A stretch of DNA of 24,000 nucleotides, taken from positions 383,438 to 407,437 of the forward strand of contig NZ_CP128988.1 of NCBI RefSeq assembly GCF_030406045.1. Reading direction: 5' to 3'. The DNA comes from Thiohalobacter sp. IOR34 (GTDB taxonomy: Bacteria > Pseudomonadota > Gammaproteobacteria > Thiohalobacterales > Thiohalobacteraceae). The notes beneath the pieces are model-generated. The model was not told the origin of the DNA and did not search any database. It was given only the letters and a program-made list of their open reading frames with translations. The translations under genes were made by a program, and so were the position numbers. Positions 23,947 to 24,000 of this stretch are shown here, piece by piece (the stretch's first letter is position 1; each line of letters opens with the position of its first letter).

Positions 23947-24000
23947 GATGCCCCCTGCTCCATGGCCTTGAGCCGGTTGATCATGGCCTCGACCCGGCTG
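23943..24000 (-). CDS. 3' end of an upstream small coiled-coil protein gene (ZapB-like/TIGR02449-type, from memory), truncated by the window edge
   Basis: The frame ends ...SRVEAMINRLKAMEQGAS-stop, with its TGA overlapping the zapA ATG (ATGA). Only 18 codons are visible, so the family assignment rests on my recollection of similar C-termini upstream of zapA in pseudomonads. Confidence 0.4.
   Translation of the reverse strand, partial: SRVEAMINRLKAMEQGAS

Overview
GC-rich bacterial chromosomal window. Gene content and order look gammaproteobacterial and Calvin-cycle autotroph-like, but the taxon is inference only.

Layout, left to right:
- rplM-rpsI-tRNA-Gln(CUG), ending in a strong terminator.
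- A block of heptanucleotide tandem repeats.
- A secreted protein with a VPLPA/PEP-CTERM-type sorting tail, then a general porin.
- On the minus strand, a seven-gene operon: cbbL-cbbS-orf103-cbbQ-cbbO-orf117-(class II aldolase fused to a Dabb domain). It is form IA RuBisCO with the CbbQ/CbbO activase and no carboxysome genes. The LysR regulator cbbR is divergent.
- A 1279-aa fused oxidoreductase combining DUF3683-like, GlcD-like FAD, 2x[4Fe-4S] and 2xCCG modules.
- DUF2905 and rpiA.
- A second, larger heptamer array in the rpiA/ilvA divergent region, then ilvA.
- A heme-c fatty acid cis/trans isomerase (cti).
- The conserved locus (coiled-coil fragment)-zapA-ssrS(6S RNA)-5-formyl-THF cyclo-ligase-EVE.

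I saw no transposase, integrase, phage, CRISPR-Cas or recognisable defence genes.

Most unusual signals:
1. Two same-orientation composite elements 16.4 kb apart. Each has a conserved ~44-bp core (GC hairpin plus TGnTATAGAAT) flanked by pure blocks of related 7-bp repeats. These include 22 tandem AGGAG-containing units.
2. Two uncharacterised small ORFs embedded in the RuBisCO/activase operon.
3. The aldolase-Dabb fusion.
4. A 251-bp MITE-like element with 21-bp terminal inverted repeats abutting the cti start, plus a degenerate second copy.
5. A 175-bp palindromic element after cbbR.
6. A promoter, hairpin, CU-rich tract and intrinsic terminator unit ahead of rplM.

Many long ORFs in the supplied track are antisense shadow ORFs typical of high-GC DNA and were rejected.
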